A DNA stretch of 64,000 nucleotides from Octopus sinensis (taxonomy: Eukaryota): assembly GCF_006345805.1 (NCBI RefSeq), contig NC_043000.1:70866001-70930000 (forward strand), written 5' to 3'. Numbering within the stretch: the first letter of the stretch is position 1; each line of letters begins with the position of its first letter. This document shows, piece after piece, positions 12,873 to 26,271 of this stretch. Below the pieces are notes generated by a model that made no database searches, was not told where the DNA came from, and saw only the letters and a list, made by a program, of their open reading frames with translations. The position numbers were made by a program, and so were the translations under genes.

Positions 12873-13781
12873 ACAGTCCTAGATAGAACATTCAAGAAAA
12901 GATGGGATGATAATACTCTCTGGAATACTGCTCTAACAAAATTAAGCAAAAGCAAATAAACACGCCACCAAAATACTCATACATATTCAAATAAAACAAA
13001 GCACCAAAAACTCATACAAACTTCAAATTACAGTAAAAACTGGAAATACTGCCTTTTCAAGCCCACATATCCATATAAAATACAACCACTATTAGCAAAT
13101 AAACAAAAAAAATTCAAACTAAAGAACACTAAAAAAAAAAAAAAAGAAACATGGGTTTAAAATACATCAAATTCTCATAACATAAAAAATAATCCTACAA
13201 TCCCAAACCAGTGAAAGTCTTTACATGGTTGTAAGAAATAACCTTCAAGTTCTCTCAAATCACACCCTACTATCTAAAGAAAGGACACATTAAACATTGT
13301 AGTCCTAAGTATACAAAAAGATGGACAGTTACAACTGGAATGCTTTGATCATAGACCTGTTCAATGAAGGTTGACTTGGTGTTTAACAACAACCTTAAAT
13401 TCCAAAATAAAATCATAAATTCAGTACACATATATACCATAAACAGCACTTGAACACTAATAGACCATAACAAGATAACCAGCAACAGAAACATTAAAAT
13501 GAATTAATAAACATATACATCTCACCACTTATTGTCTCAATAAGTTACATACCCCAATTACCATCATCGCAAATGATTTCAAGGCACACATAACATTCTG
13601 ATAAAAAATTTACAGAGATAATACTAGTTGTAACATTTTTGTCTTTACCTTTGAACACCAAGCACCTAGAAACTCAACTCCAAAACAAAACTTAGTACTT
13701 GCCAAATCCCCCATTTCCATCTTAGTCAACTATACCAAAAAGTATGAAAAACAACTAACCACCCATATGCAAAACAAGACA

Positions 13782-13952
13782 AGGCATGGATGTGTAGTAA
13801 GAAGTTTGATTTCCAACAACATGATTCCAAGTTCAGTCCCACTGTATGACATCTTGAGCACGTGTCTTCTATTAAAGCCTTAGGCTGACTAAGGCCTTGT
13901 GAGTGGATTTGGCAGACAGAAACTGAAAGAACCCCAACGTGAATATGTATAT
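13782..13952 (+). mobile_element. SINE family A, 5' half
   Basis: Matches 37417-37590. Confidence 0.8.
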
Positions 13953-13964
13953 CTAGCTATTTTT

Positions 13965-16900
13965 TGGAGAAAGTAGCATAAGTTGCATTGTTTAGATCAG
14001 CTGTTTTATCTATTTTTTCAACAATTTCAATAAAATTTTTATTTTTGTAAGTTTTTCCATGTGCTTTTGAAGACAGCATTTGCATTTCAATCATCTGTAG
14101 TGGCATTGATATTTGAAAAGTATCATATAACCATTCCATTGGTTCTTCCATTCTCTTGGGTTCGCTTTCAGTGAATCTTTTTTCAGTTGGTTCATGTGTC
14201 TCTTGTAGACACCTTTTGTACGTTTTACCAAATATAGCATTTTTCCTATGCATTTGATAATCATACCATCTTCCCATCTCTGTTTTCCCTTCTTATATGC
14301 CTTCACAAATACCTTTTTACCAATTCTGAAAAATCTTGCTGTATTTTCCATTGCAATTTTTCTTTTCTTGCCATGTAGCAATTCGTCAAAGACTGATTTT
14401 ACTTCCCTCACAAACAGCAGCTCCACTGGTAACATACCTGCTAGTGTATTTGGATTTGGTGTCACCCAGTATACTCTTAAGAATTGTTGTAGAGCTACCT
14501 CAACTGTGACTTTCTTAGGACTCTCTTGAATGCATTGACAAAGCGTTCTGCCTGGCACTGTAGTTACATGTTCTACAGCAAACATTTTACAGAACTTTTT
14601 AAATTCAAAAGACACTAATTGCGTGTCTGGGATGCCAAATCTCGCAAACAGCTCATGTAAAAAATTTGTCACAGTTGAGGAAGTTGATTTTTTACACTTA
14701 GAAATTTCCGGTCATTTAGAGAAACTATCAACTACCACTAAGTAGTAAGAACCATTTAAAGGATCAGTGAAATTGATGTGTAGTCTTGACCATGGAACAT
14801 CTACTTTTGGCCAAGGTTCACTTTTTATCAAGGGTAATTTTGCTGCTAGAGCACATCCTCTACAACCATTCACTAAATTTTTGAATTCCCTATCCATTTT
14901 AGGCCAGCAGATGTAGCTACACATTAAAGCTTTCATCCACGAAATACCAGGATGTACAATATGAAATTCCCACATTTTCTTTTGTAGTGTTTCAGGTATC
15001 ACTACTTCCTGTGCATACATCAGTACACTATCACAAATTGAGTATAGGTTCATGTCTTGGTTTCATTTCACACCAATCCTGTTCCTATTTACTTTTCCTG
15101 ACCACAATATTCTTTTCATTTCTGTTATGAATTTGTCCCTTACCACATTCTAGAAGACATAAGTCTTCTAGGGTTACCGGTAATTTGCATACCACATTCC
15201 ACTTTTATTTCTCCTTCAGCTCTTAAAGCTGTGATTACTATATCTTCAAATGGCTTGCAGTGTTTCAGTATCAGTCTGGACAAACCATCCACATGCCCTA
15301 GTTTTTTTGACAGTATATATTTCATTTTGTAGTCATGATCCAATAATGTAGTGCCCTATTGCTGTGTGTGATGGCTTTCCTTTTTTAGAACCGTATATTG
15401 ACAGTAGTGGGTGATGATCAGTTTGTAGACAGAAACTTCTATGAATACATTTATGGAATTTTTTCAAACTGAATATGATTGCTAATGCTTTCTTTTCTAT
15501 CTAACTATAGTTCCTTTCATCTGTTAATAATGATTGTGGCGCATGGGCTAAAGCCTTTTTTAACTCTCATTGTCATATTTGTACAGAAGTAGAGCTCTTA
15601 TACCGTAATCACTTGTATCTGTAGCCAGTGTAACATCCAATTTTGGATCAAAATGCATTAATGAAAAGTCCAATGTTAAAATGCTTTTCAACTTGTCAAA
15701 TGTCTTCTGGCACATCAGTCCAACACCATTTTGTATTTTTCTTAAATAGATCATTGAGTGGGGCCCTTATATTATATATATTGGGAATGTAAATTTGATA
15801 ATAAATTACTAAACCCAAGAATGCTTGTAACATAGTCACATTATTCAATGTGGGCATTTTTTTTTTTTTATCACAGTTGCTCTGGATGGATCTGGTGTCC
15901 ATCCATTTTTATCTATTTTCAGAAAAAATCTCACGTTTTTCTTTCGTTAACTTGCACCCATATTCTCTAATCATCTCAAATACCCTTTTAATGTGTTCAA
16001 CATGTTGTTCATGTGATTCACTTTTTATTAGAATATCGTCTAAATAGGTGATAGCGAAATCAGTCACCCAACATTGTATCCATTATTTGTTGAAATATGG
16101 AAGGAGCCACTTTTACACCAAAGGGAAGCCACTTAAATTTAAATAAGCCACAGTGTGTATTGATGGTTAATAAACGTGAGCATTTTTCTACTTGGATTTG
16201 TAGATATACCTCCGAGAGGTCTAATTTTGAGAAGAATTTCCTTCCATTCAATTTTGCCAAAACTTCCTCAGGACTTGGTAATAGGTAGTTAAGTGAGATT
16301 AAGCAATCACTGAAAAATCTGCACAAACTCTTATCTTGTCATTTTTCTTTTTATGTAGACTGTAGGTGCTGCCCAGTCTGAGTGGTATGTCTTCTTGATT
16401 ATTCCTAGGCTTCCAAGTTCTTTGTTTACCTGGTCTATTTCCGTGAACAGTACATTCCATTTTGGCTTAAATACAGGTGTTGCACTTTGTTTTACTGCAG
16501 TTTTTGCCTTTGTTCCATGCAACAACCCAGTTCCTCTGACAAAACATCTGGAAATAAATTTTTTTTATTATAAATAAATGTTTTATTCGAACCTTTGACT
16601 GAACCGACTATATTCCCACATAAAACACTTATGGGCATATTCCACAATTTGAACAATTCCATCCACTGTGTGCTGAATTAACTGAATTTTTAATACATAT
16701 ATTTTCACCATTTTCATTTGGTCATGAAATGTTAAATTACACACAAATGCACTGACAAAATACAATCTTTTGCCCATAACACCATATGCGACTTTTGCAG
16801 ATTTAACTAATTTTGGCTTACCAACATATTTCCAAGTTTTTTCATTTACAATGGTAATATCACTTCCAGTGTCTAACTGCATTTTTACTCTTTTCTCTTC

Positions 16901-17860
16901 AAATTTGACATTTAAGAATTTCCTCCTTGTTGCAGTATCATTTTCTTTTGACGACATCTTGTTAAGTCTTTTTCTTTGTTCCGTTTTGTCATCTTGGTTT
17001 TACAGTGTGCTTTTATATGCCCAATTTTTCCACAACAGAAACATTCTGCTTTCTTATATGAACAGTTTTTCCTCAGGTATAGACCTCTGCATGCAAAACA
17101 TGGGTTTTTTTCCTCATAGTACACACTTGATTTCTATTCTGCCTATTTCACACTTGTTTCCCTTGGGAGCAATCTTTATGTTCAATTTTCTATGTGTCAT
17201 GTCTTAAATTTACTATTCTTTCACACTCTTCTGACATTTATTATAGAGTCACAGCTTGATTTTGTTCTAGCTTAGTGAGAATGCTTGTTCTGACTTCTGT
17301 GTGTCTCTGCAGTTAGTCTCTGAGTAAATATCAGGCACTTGAACATACCTGGCATTAGTTTGTGAGCTTGAAATTTGCACATTCTCTTAACTCTACTAAC
17401 ATGTGATGTAGTCCTCATTTTTTCTAGGTTCAAACATTTCTAATGTGTATTGAACAATGAGCTTTTCTCACTAAAAATTTTACACAATATGCCTATTCTG
17501 TCTAAAGTCTAGATCAGAAGGTTTCTTCTAGAGTACATAATTGCTGTAATGCTCGTGTTCTCCTGCTGCCAGTTTTCTTACGATTAAACACCTTTTCATC
17601 TTGTTGTCCCAATTTATCATGTTCACAACATAATCTGGCAAGAATAGTTTTTCAGCATTTCCTAACGACTTACTCTACATTAATTGCAGTACATTAATTA
17701 CTGTTGTCGTTGTTTCTGCTGTTGTTGCAACTCAAGCAAACCAGCCAACAAATTTTCCATAATTTTATGGACTTTTTTCATACAATTCGCACAAAAGACT
17801 ATTGTGAGTTTCATAACTCCTTGTGAGTTTAATTCCTCATCACCACTACTGCAATCCTTA
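13965..17860 (-). mobile_element. Degenerate Ty3/Gypsy LTR retrotransposon internal region (gag-PR-RT-RH-IN)
   Basis: CCHC knuckle CFCCGKIGHIKAHC, protease LDTGSD, RT FSKLDL...LPFG..AP.IFQ and YLDD (about 16040), RNase H ATDTSDYGI, and integrase WPK..PWSRLHI.F / ELFARFGIPD in Gypsy order. Many stops and frameshifts. PBS-like TGGTGATGAGG at 17835-17845. No LTR pair found. Confidence 0.95.
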
Positions 17861-18049
17861 ATGTCGAATTTTATAATGCCCACTTCGGTATAGCAGTATA
17901 GTTGTTAGACCAGTAAAAACACACCTATCTGAGAATGTCTACTTTGTACTCTCTCTCTATACTAACTGACATCAACTTATTTATAGCAAGTAGCATATAC
18001 CAATTGTCATGTAGGATAGGTGCACCATTATTACTATTATTCCCACAAT

Positions 18050-18694
18050 ACCTTTATAAATGGAAGAAATACGAAATACATAACATTCAGTTGGTTTTGT
18101 AAACAAACAAAAAATTGTCCATGCTGTGGGTAGGATGTGGTTATCACCTTTACATCAGCTCCAGTGATGTTCAAAGGATGGCAAATTTCAAGTTTGATGT
18201 AGGAAATATTTTAGATGAGAACACTGACTGAATACTTCTATCCTAGAGTGTGAAAAGGTCTATAGGTCAAGTGAGGTTTTTAGGATTCTTACCCCACTAT
18301 GCCAAGCAAAGTTTGCATCATTTGCTCACATTTATGTAAGTCCCTGGTTGTTCAAGGAGCTTCTATTTAATTATATTCAGCATAATTAAATAAGAGCTCT
18401 TTGAACTGGGAGATTTGCTTGGCAAAGAGGGCAAGAATCCTAAAAACCTCAATTGACCTAGAGACCTTTTTAAACTCCAGCAAAGATGGATTTAGTAAAT
18501 GCCCACATCTAAAATATTTCCGACTTCAGACATGGAATTCCCCATTCATTGAATAGTCCTCCACAGTTCCTTTGAATATCACCACAGCCATGGCTGATGT
18601 AATACTCCTTTCTTTCCACAGCACAGTCAATTATTTGTTGTTTACAAAACCAACTGACAGTTATGTATTTTTTCCTCCAGTTCTGGAAAGGTTA
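18050..18694. mobile_element. Old foldback/MITE with about 255-bp diverged arms
   Basis: About 18060-18315 is the reverse complement of about 18412-18686 (e.g. CAGTTGGTTTTGTAAACAA / TTGTTTACAAAACCAACTG). Spacer about 100 bp. No clear TSD. Confidence 0.75.
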
Positions 18695-18867
18695 CGCACA
18701 TTCAGCCATTATAGTCTGACAAATCACCTATACTGCTAAGCGCTTTACAGGTGCAAGACCGAAGGTCACTCTATGAATGGCCATAGCATTTAATTTCCTA
18801 AAAACATGTATAACCGCTCTCATGCTCTAGAGTAAGCACCTTTTTCACATTTAAGAACTACTGATGA

Positions 18868-19160
18868 TTACATACATATATAAACATATACACACACAAA
18901 TACATACATACACATACACGTATATACATACACATGTATATACATACACATATATACATACATATATACACATATATACATAGACATATATATACAGACA
19001 TATATATACACATACATACATACACACATACACACACATACACACACATATATACATACACATATACACACATATATACATATACACACATATATACATA
19101 TACACATATACATGCATACACATATATATACATGCACATATAAATACATACACATAAATA
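18868..19160. repeat. (TACA/TA/CA)n microsatellite
   Basis: Direct inspection. Confidence 0.95.
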
Positions 19161-19164
19161 CACA

Positions 19165-20770
19165 GGCTTCTTTGTCTGCTTTCTGCCTCACATAGGATTG
19201 TTGCAGCCTTTTTCAATCTCCATCAGTGTTGTTTTTAGATGGGACTTTTCGCTATTTTGGAGATGTTGGTTGAGTCGATTTGCAACCTTTGTCCGTCGTC
19301 TCATGAGGATCTTCCTTTCCCTTGGAATCTTGCTCCTATTTGTTTTGGCCTTGTGCTCTTGGACATATTTCTGGCATATGGCATGAACAACAGACATGAA
19401 ACATTCTGTTTCATGTCAATGTCTGGTGTGGAGAGACATTTCGGCCAGTCCTCTCTGAGGATCTCTTTTTGGATCGATTTCCAGTCTGCTTTGTGGAAGT
19501 TCAGATTAAAGAGATTTCAGGTGCTTCCTTTAGGCTGTATGTCTCTGGTTACTTTCGGCCCAAACATCGACAGCTCTATTATGCTGTGATCTGAGAATAA
19601 TGTCGGCATCACTTTCACATCATGAATGATGTCCATATTGTTCGTGAAGCAGAGATCTTGAATGTTTGAAGCTCCAGTGTGTTTGCGCTTGTTTTTATGT
19701 CAGACAGGGTATGGGGAGCATTGGTGTCTATAGTTGGGGTAGAGTGGGAGTGGGCTGGGTGGGTATGGCTTGGGAATCATCCTTTACCATGTGTGTCCTC
19801 TTTCGCCTTTTCCTTTTCTTTTTTTTCCACCATTTCCCAGCTGGTGTTCGCCTCTTCTTACTCGATGCAGGTACTTGTTTTCGTCTGTGGTGCCACATCA
19901 GTTTCCTTTTCCTCAACCTCCACGGGCAGTGGAGTACCAACTACTTTTTCACTCTCTATAGGTCAGCCTTTCTTCCACTCTCACTTTCAGTGTTGCCTCT
20001 CTGACTGTGATGGTCTCGACCATCTTTTCAATGTCTTCCTCTGCAACTTGCACCACCATATCAATGCTTTGTCCTTGCCAGTTCCTGTGGGGTGCTCTGG
20101 TGGCCTGGAGGACCACCATCTTCTTCTCCATGCCTAGCAGTATGAGAGCCACCAGCCAGGCTACATCTACTTCTGTGGATATTTCCTCCACCCTAACCCT
20201 GGAAGCATGTCTCCCAAGGTATACGGGTAGAAGTACCACTTCATCTGTTCTCAGTGGTTTATATGAGTGCAACCTGGCGGTAGCCACCTCCACCGTTCCA
20301 AACGTTTTTCCTCTGGCAAAGTAGGAAATCCCTTGCCAGATTGGTCTACCGTCGACCTAACTTCAATTCTCTTTGCTGCTACAGAGTATGTCCTGTAAAT
20401 TATGTCCCCCCCCCTTCTCCTCTAAAAGTTCATTGTGGGGAAACACTTTCACTTCGTTCCCCTCCATTTTTAAACATGTTTTTAAATTTACTCAAATCCT
20501 CCAGACACACGTCTTCACTCCTCTTCTGCTGCTGCAGCACAAGTTCTTGGTTCCTTTTTGTCGTCTATTCTTTTTGAACGCTCAACCATCTCCACCTCAG
20601 ACAACACAAAGACCGAAGAAGGGCAGTTTACAAAGTCTGAACAATTTAGGCCTTCACAGCTCCTCACCCGACGCCCCTTCATTAAACAGGAGGAAAAACG
20701 TCGTGCCGCCAAGACAACCAAAAAAACACGTGTTATACACAAAGACCGCAATCGAACTAAACAAAACGCT
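19165..20770 (-). mobile_element. Degenerate LINE: ORF1-like region plus ORF2 endonuclease-end/linker fragment
   Basis: ORF1 segment (19949-20320) is homologous to the CCHC-bearing ORF at 47575-48040. 19165-19665 reads NIQDLCFTN...FSDHSIIEL...LNFHKADW...KIPRERKILMRRR (end of an APE endonuclease). Confidence 0.75.
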
Positions 20771-22006
20771 ATACCAGAAGCAAGCTTCTTACCACACATC
20801 CAAGCCTGCTTGCTTGCATGCATGCATGCATACATACATGAATGCATGCATGCATGCATACATACATAAACATAAACGATTCGTGAAAACAAATGTATGT
20901 GTATTTACGTGTCTGTATATATATGTGTGTGTGTGAGTGAGTGTGTATTTGACTGTCCAGCTCACTCACGGAAAATGAAAGGCAAATATCGACTTCATAT
21001 AGCACGTGAAAAAACAATCAACGCATTTTTTTTTACGGAAATTGCCGAACAGATAAAACAGTTGATTTGATCCATAACACTTATGCTACTTATTCCGAAA
21101 GATTGCCGTATATTTATGAGTCATTGCGTCTGTGTTTGTCTCCCACCAGCGCCTAACAACTGGTGTTGGTGTAAAAAAAAATAGGTTATAAATCTGTTTA
21201 CTTAAGGCTGACCTGGATCAACAACAACTACATTCCTAACACCTTTAGAAAACAGCTAAACAATGCACAAACATAGTTCACTTATTTGTACACAATTGGT
21301 CAACAGCGAGAAACAGTAGTGATTACACAAAAGAACACAAAATAATGTACTTCGAATCTCAAGTTGCACAGCACTCACAGATTACCTACACAAAGACCAT
21401 TTGGATAGGCAGATGAGACTATGACTTAGTGCAGTGCAAAATCTTTACAATCTTTATCACTATACTGAAATCACTCCTAAACAAATCAACATATTTTCTT
21501 ACTCAGTCCAGATAAACATATACAAAAAAAAAAGAAGTAGCAACAGCATCAACAGTCTTTCAACATTGTATAAAGGAAACAGCAACTATCACGCTCTGAA
21601 CGAGTCCAATAACTAGAATCTACAGGTGTACAGAAATAGACTAGACAGTGGAGTGTACATATTCAGAATATCACACTGCACCACGTGAAATTCACTACTG
21701 TATGTACAAATGTATGCATATAAGTCTATCGACGAAGGATATAAACAAGAGTAAGAAAATGCAATAGAAAACAAAGTCCTTCAAGATATTCGTTCCTGTC
21801 ACTCTCGCCAATAGATATACATTAGAGACTTGTAACCAACGACGCTTTTGGTCATATACTACCATGGAAATTAAACGAATTAGGAGTTTGCATTTAAACC
21901 CTTCCTTTAATCTTTTTTTCTTATTAACCATATTGTGTAATATCAGAAAATATACGCAAGAAAAATCAAGAATAAAACTTACGAAACCTTAGCGGGTAAA
22001 AAAATG

Positions 22007-23896
22007 GGTTAATATAGGGCGTAACAAATATCAGAAAATCAAAAAAAAAATGTGTGTAATAGGTGTAAAACAACTTCCTATGAACGAATATGAAAAAAAA
22101 AATTCGCGCACGCGAAAGGGGGGTGGGGGAGAGGCCTCGGAAAATTCACATCGGGAAGTTCCGAAAGCGTCTGAGGGGCTGACCCGGGCACCAAAAAAAA
22201 AAAAAAATAGTGTAATATGTGTAAAACAACTTGCTCTAAACGAATATGAAAAAAAAATGCGCTCTCGAGAAAGAGGGGTGGGGGAGAGGCCTCGGAATAT
22301 TTATATCGGGAATTTCCGAAAGCGTCTGAACCGGGCACAAAAACAAAAACAGCGTAATAGGTGTAAAACACTTGCTCTAAACGACTATCATGAAAAAAAT
22401 GCGCGCTCGCGAAAGGGGGGTGGGGGAGAGGCTTCGGAAATTTCACATCTTCAGTCCACGGCCTTTAAACTAAGAAAAATATAGTGTAATTGGTGTAAAA
22501 CTACTTGTTCTAAACGAGTATCAAGAACACACACTCACACATGAATCATAAACTCCGTATTTCGCAAAAAAAAATAATAAAGAGAAGAAATTCTGGAAAA
22601 AGTGAAGAAATGTTGGATCTCCGCCATGTGAATCAAAATACGTGTCAGAAACATCTTGAAATACTACAGAAATTATGTTACGAAAATGATAATGTATACA
22701 TACCTCTTTGAGTGGTCCATCGATAATGATGATAAAGAAATGAGTTGGATTTGAACTCAGAATATTGACTAACACAACTACATACTACAAGACTCAAAAT
22801 ATTCAGCCAAGTCACCACCCTTTAACTAGCAATAATAATAACATCAATAACATAACAGCCAAAAGATTTATTTGTTCTGAAAATAACAATCATAGTAAAT
22901 AAATATGTTCTTTAATATTCACATTCATGTGCACGTCACGCATGCATAATACAGAACGGAACACATAAATGAAGGATGCATTACTTAGTATATATTACAT
23001 CTAGAGAATTTTGATTAATAAGTCAAATATGCAAATTATAAAGATAATTAATTGCTTTACTAAACAGTGTTGTAAAGGTGAAAAAATAAATTTGGGAAAA
23101 AAATACACGCCAAAACTAATTAATAAAGGATAATTAGGGAAGGATTGACACAAAATAATAATTTTTTCTGTCTTTTTTTCTGATAAATGCATCTTAATAA
23201 GTGAGAAGAATTGCATATATCTGAACTATTTCAAAGAAAAGCATAAATTTAATGTTTAAAATAGCTTTAACCAAGGAATGAGATCCAACATTTCTTCACT
23301 TTTTCCAGAATTTCTTCTCTTTATTTTTTTTTTTTTGCGAAATACGGAGTTTATGATTCATGTGTGAGTGTGTGTTCTTGATACTCGTTTAGAACAAGTA
23401 GTTTTACACCAATTACACTATTTTTTCTTAGTTTAAAGGCCGTGGACTGAAGATGTGAAATTTCCGAAGCCTCTCCCCCACCCCCCTTTCGCGAGCGCGC
23501 ATTTTTTTCATGATAGTCGTTTAGAGCAAGTTGTTTTACACCTATTACGCTGTTTTTGTTTTTGTGCCCGGTTCAGACGCTTTCGGAAATTCCCGATATA
23601 AATATTCCGAGGCCTCTCTCCCACCCCTCTTTCGCGAGAGCGCATTTTTTTTTGTCATATTCGTTTAGAGCAAGTTGTTTTACACATATTACACTATTTT
23701 TTTTTTGTTTTGGTGCCCGGGTCAGCTCCTCAGACGCTTTCGGAACTTCCCGATGTGAATTTTCCGAGGCCTCTCCCCCACCCCCCTTTCGCGTGCGCGA
23801 ATTTTTTTTTCATATTCGTTCATAGGAAGTTGTTTTACACCTATTACACACATTTTTTTTTTGATTTTCTGATATTTGTTACGCCCTATATTAACC
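22007..23896. mobile_element. Foldback DNA element with about 620-650-bp internally repetitive TIRs and an 8-bp TSD
   Basis: Termini GGTTAATATAGGGCG / CGCCCTATATTAACC. TSD AAAAAATG at 21999-22006 and 23897-23904. Arms near-identical with about 140-bp subrepeats. AT-rich non-coding spacer. Confidence 0.9.
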
Positions 23897-24493
23897 AAAA
23901 AATGTAGCTGTTGAAAAACGTCTGTTACATTACTCGATAAGACAACTTTTTGTTGAGATGGAGCAACCTTGTCACCACTTGTCAGTAAACAGCATGCCGC
24001 AACACAAGACAAACATTACTATTTGAGCAAACTACGATACTGATAGATTTTTACCATAGCCCTGTCTGTGCTATCTCATCAAGCTGTTTATAAAATACAT
24101 TTTGGTGAATGAAGATTACATACATTTTTATTAATAATTTAACCTACAAATATATACACAAGTACTTACAGCCAATTTTCGACAAATTAAGCAATTGAAA
24201 AAGCTATAAATTATATTAAAAAGGAGGTATATCGCTTTTCATTTCTAGGGGGTTTACCAAATTTACACGGTAATTTCATACAAGCTACTCAGGAAATACC
24301 CCCCCCCCAATTCGTTTTAATACAAGGAATATGCTCTAAATATCAGATTTTATACGGAATTCCCTTCAAAGACATTTCCCATCATTATAGGCCAACCAGA
24401 AAATAGGTATTTATAATTGTCAAAAATATTTATAAATAAGCGAAAATTTAAAGCGTATAAACTTACCAAAAATGAGTATATAGTAACACTTAT

Positions 24494-24858
24494 GACAGAG
24501 GTAAAGGACAAGGATCACACCCCTTTTCTTTTTCTTTTTTCCTACAGAAACCCACCTTTTCGGCTGCGGAGATTCCTAATCAGAAAAAAAAAATCGGCAT
24601 TTCAAAATTTTAATTCCCCCCACCTTTTTTTTTTCACTTGTTTTAGAATTTTTTTTTTGGGGGGGGGTGAAATACGTAGAAAAACACGGAGTTTATGATT
24701 CTGAAAAAAATTGTAAAATTTCAATTTTTCAAAAAAAAAAAAAAACTAAATTTCTGAAATGCCGGGTTTTTTTTTCTGCAGTCGAACAGGTGGGTTTCTG
24801 TAGAAAAAAAAGTAATAATAAACGAAAGGGGGTGCTGTCCATGTCCTTTACCTCTGCC
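24494..24858. mobile_element. Short foldback MITE related to 22007-23896
   Basis: CAGAGGTAAAGGACA / TGTCCTTTACCTCTG termini. Shares ACGGAGTTTATGATTC (24686-24701) with 23344-23359. Confidence 0.7.
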
Positions 24859-25426
24859 CACTTAACTTTGTGGGTATGTGTGTGGCAACCAGCGAAATAG
24901 CCAGAACTAGAAATAACAACGCGCGGTTAACCTTCAAGTTCTTTACTACATAATTCATTAGTTCAACTTTCACACACTATTCAATCTATGTACCTTTTGA
25001 TAGTTTCACTATAATCCAATATTCGTAGTATGAGGACTAACAGCAAACTGCACGTCTTCTATATCAATTGTACTGACATTTAAACGTTTGATATTTTATG
25101 TAATACTAAAGTTACAAAAGAAAAAGAAAGAAATTGAAACTAAGACTAACATTTATTTTCCTTGGAATAGTGACAGATGCATGTATTAATAAAAATAAAA
25201 AGAAATTTGAGTATTATGTAGTAATAAAAATGATTTAGCGTACTGTTCATAAGGTTTTCGGAGAAAGAAAAGTGATGATAAAACAATTTGGACATAACTA
25301 TGGTAATTTCCACCTTGTATATTTATAGATGCATGCATGCAAGAGTTGTTCATCTGGAAAATCAAGCATCACAATCTGAATGAAATGGAATGGTTTCAAT
25401 TGGTAAAATTATTATTGAATACTCAC

Positions 25427-25463
25427 CTTTATTAAGAAGTGGAACACTGGATTTGAGTGACAT
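25427..25463 (-). CDS. Candidate first coding exon of the minus-strand gene (MSLKSSVPLLNK, phase 1)
   Basis: Strong donor AAG|GTGAGT at 25427/25426, just downstream of an ETS-CRE motif. Phase matches exon 196-238. Two short upstream uORFs make the coding status uncertain. Confidence 0.3.
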
Positions 25464-25529
25464 AATCAACCAGTCATACAATAGTCAATGCTCCGCTAAT
25501 GTTTCTCTCAACTTAATATCATGACGACA

Positions 25530-26271
25530 ACGCGTTGACAGGAAGTGACGTGATATTGTATCTCATGGCTTTCGTCTGAACTTATCGATACAATTGTTTG
25601 AGATGAACAGAAAATCACTATGAGATTTGTAGTATACATGCATCTTCCTCTATAATATATATATACTTTCTAACCGCTTGCGATAAATGTTATTTATTTA
25701 TAACGAAGTCTTAATGAAAGTTATTTAGAACAGAATTAAAAGAAACTGTGTAGTCCTGATGAATTGTCACACAGAAAGTGGGGATTTATTCGATTATTTT
25801 AAAATTAAAAAATGAATTAAATTTTATTATTATTTTCTTTCGTCTGTAATTTATAACTTACGGACATTTCTCTAAGTAGGAACTACCTAACTGGCATGGT
25901 ATTTTACTAATCACTGAAGATCGATTTTAGGGTACTGCCTTCATATCGACCTGAATATTTGTTCATGTATTTCTTATTTTATCTATTTTTATACGTCGAA
26001 CTACAAGACATAAAGGAGTAACAAATAATATAAATTTTGTAACCAAACGAAAGAATAGGTCGTGTTCAGGGAGAAGTAAATAAAATATAATTTAATCAAG
26101 TTAAAACTGACAATACATTTATAAAACCCAAGTTCCAAAATGATAACTGATAACTCCAAACGGAAGTGACGTAAAACATATTTAATGTTTACGAGAACAC
26201 AACTTTGTTCTCGTGAAATATATCTCATCTGATGGAACAATTTGACGTCTTCGGAAACGAAGGCTTTCGGT
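25530..26271. promoter_or_regulatory. Probable divergent promoter region
   Basis: Two GGAAGTGACGT (ETS-CRE composite) motifs at 25541-25551 and 26162-26172, local CpG enrichment, a minus-strand donor to the left and a candidate plus-strand donor CG|GTAAAT at 26269/26270. Confidence 0.45.
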
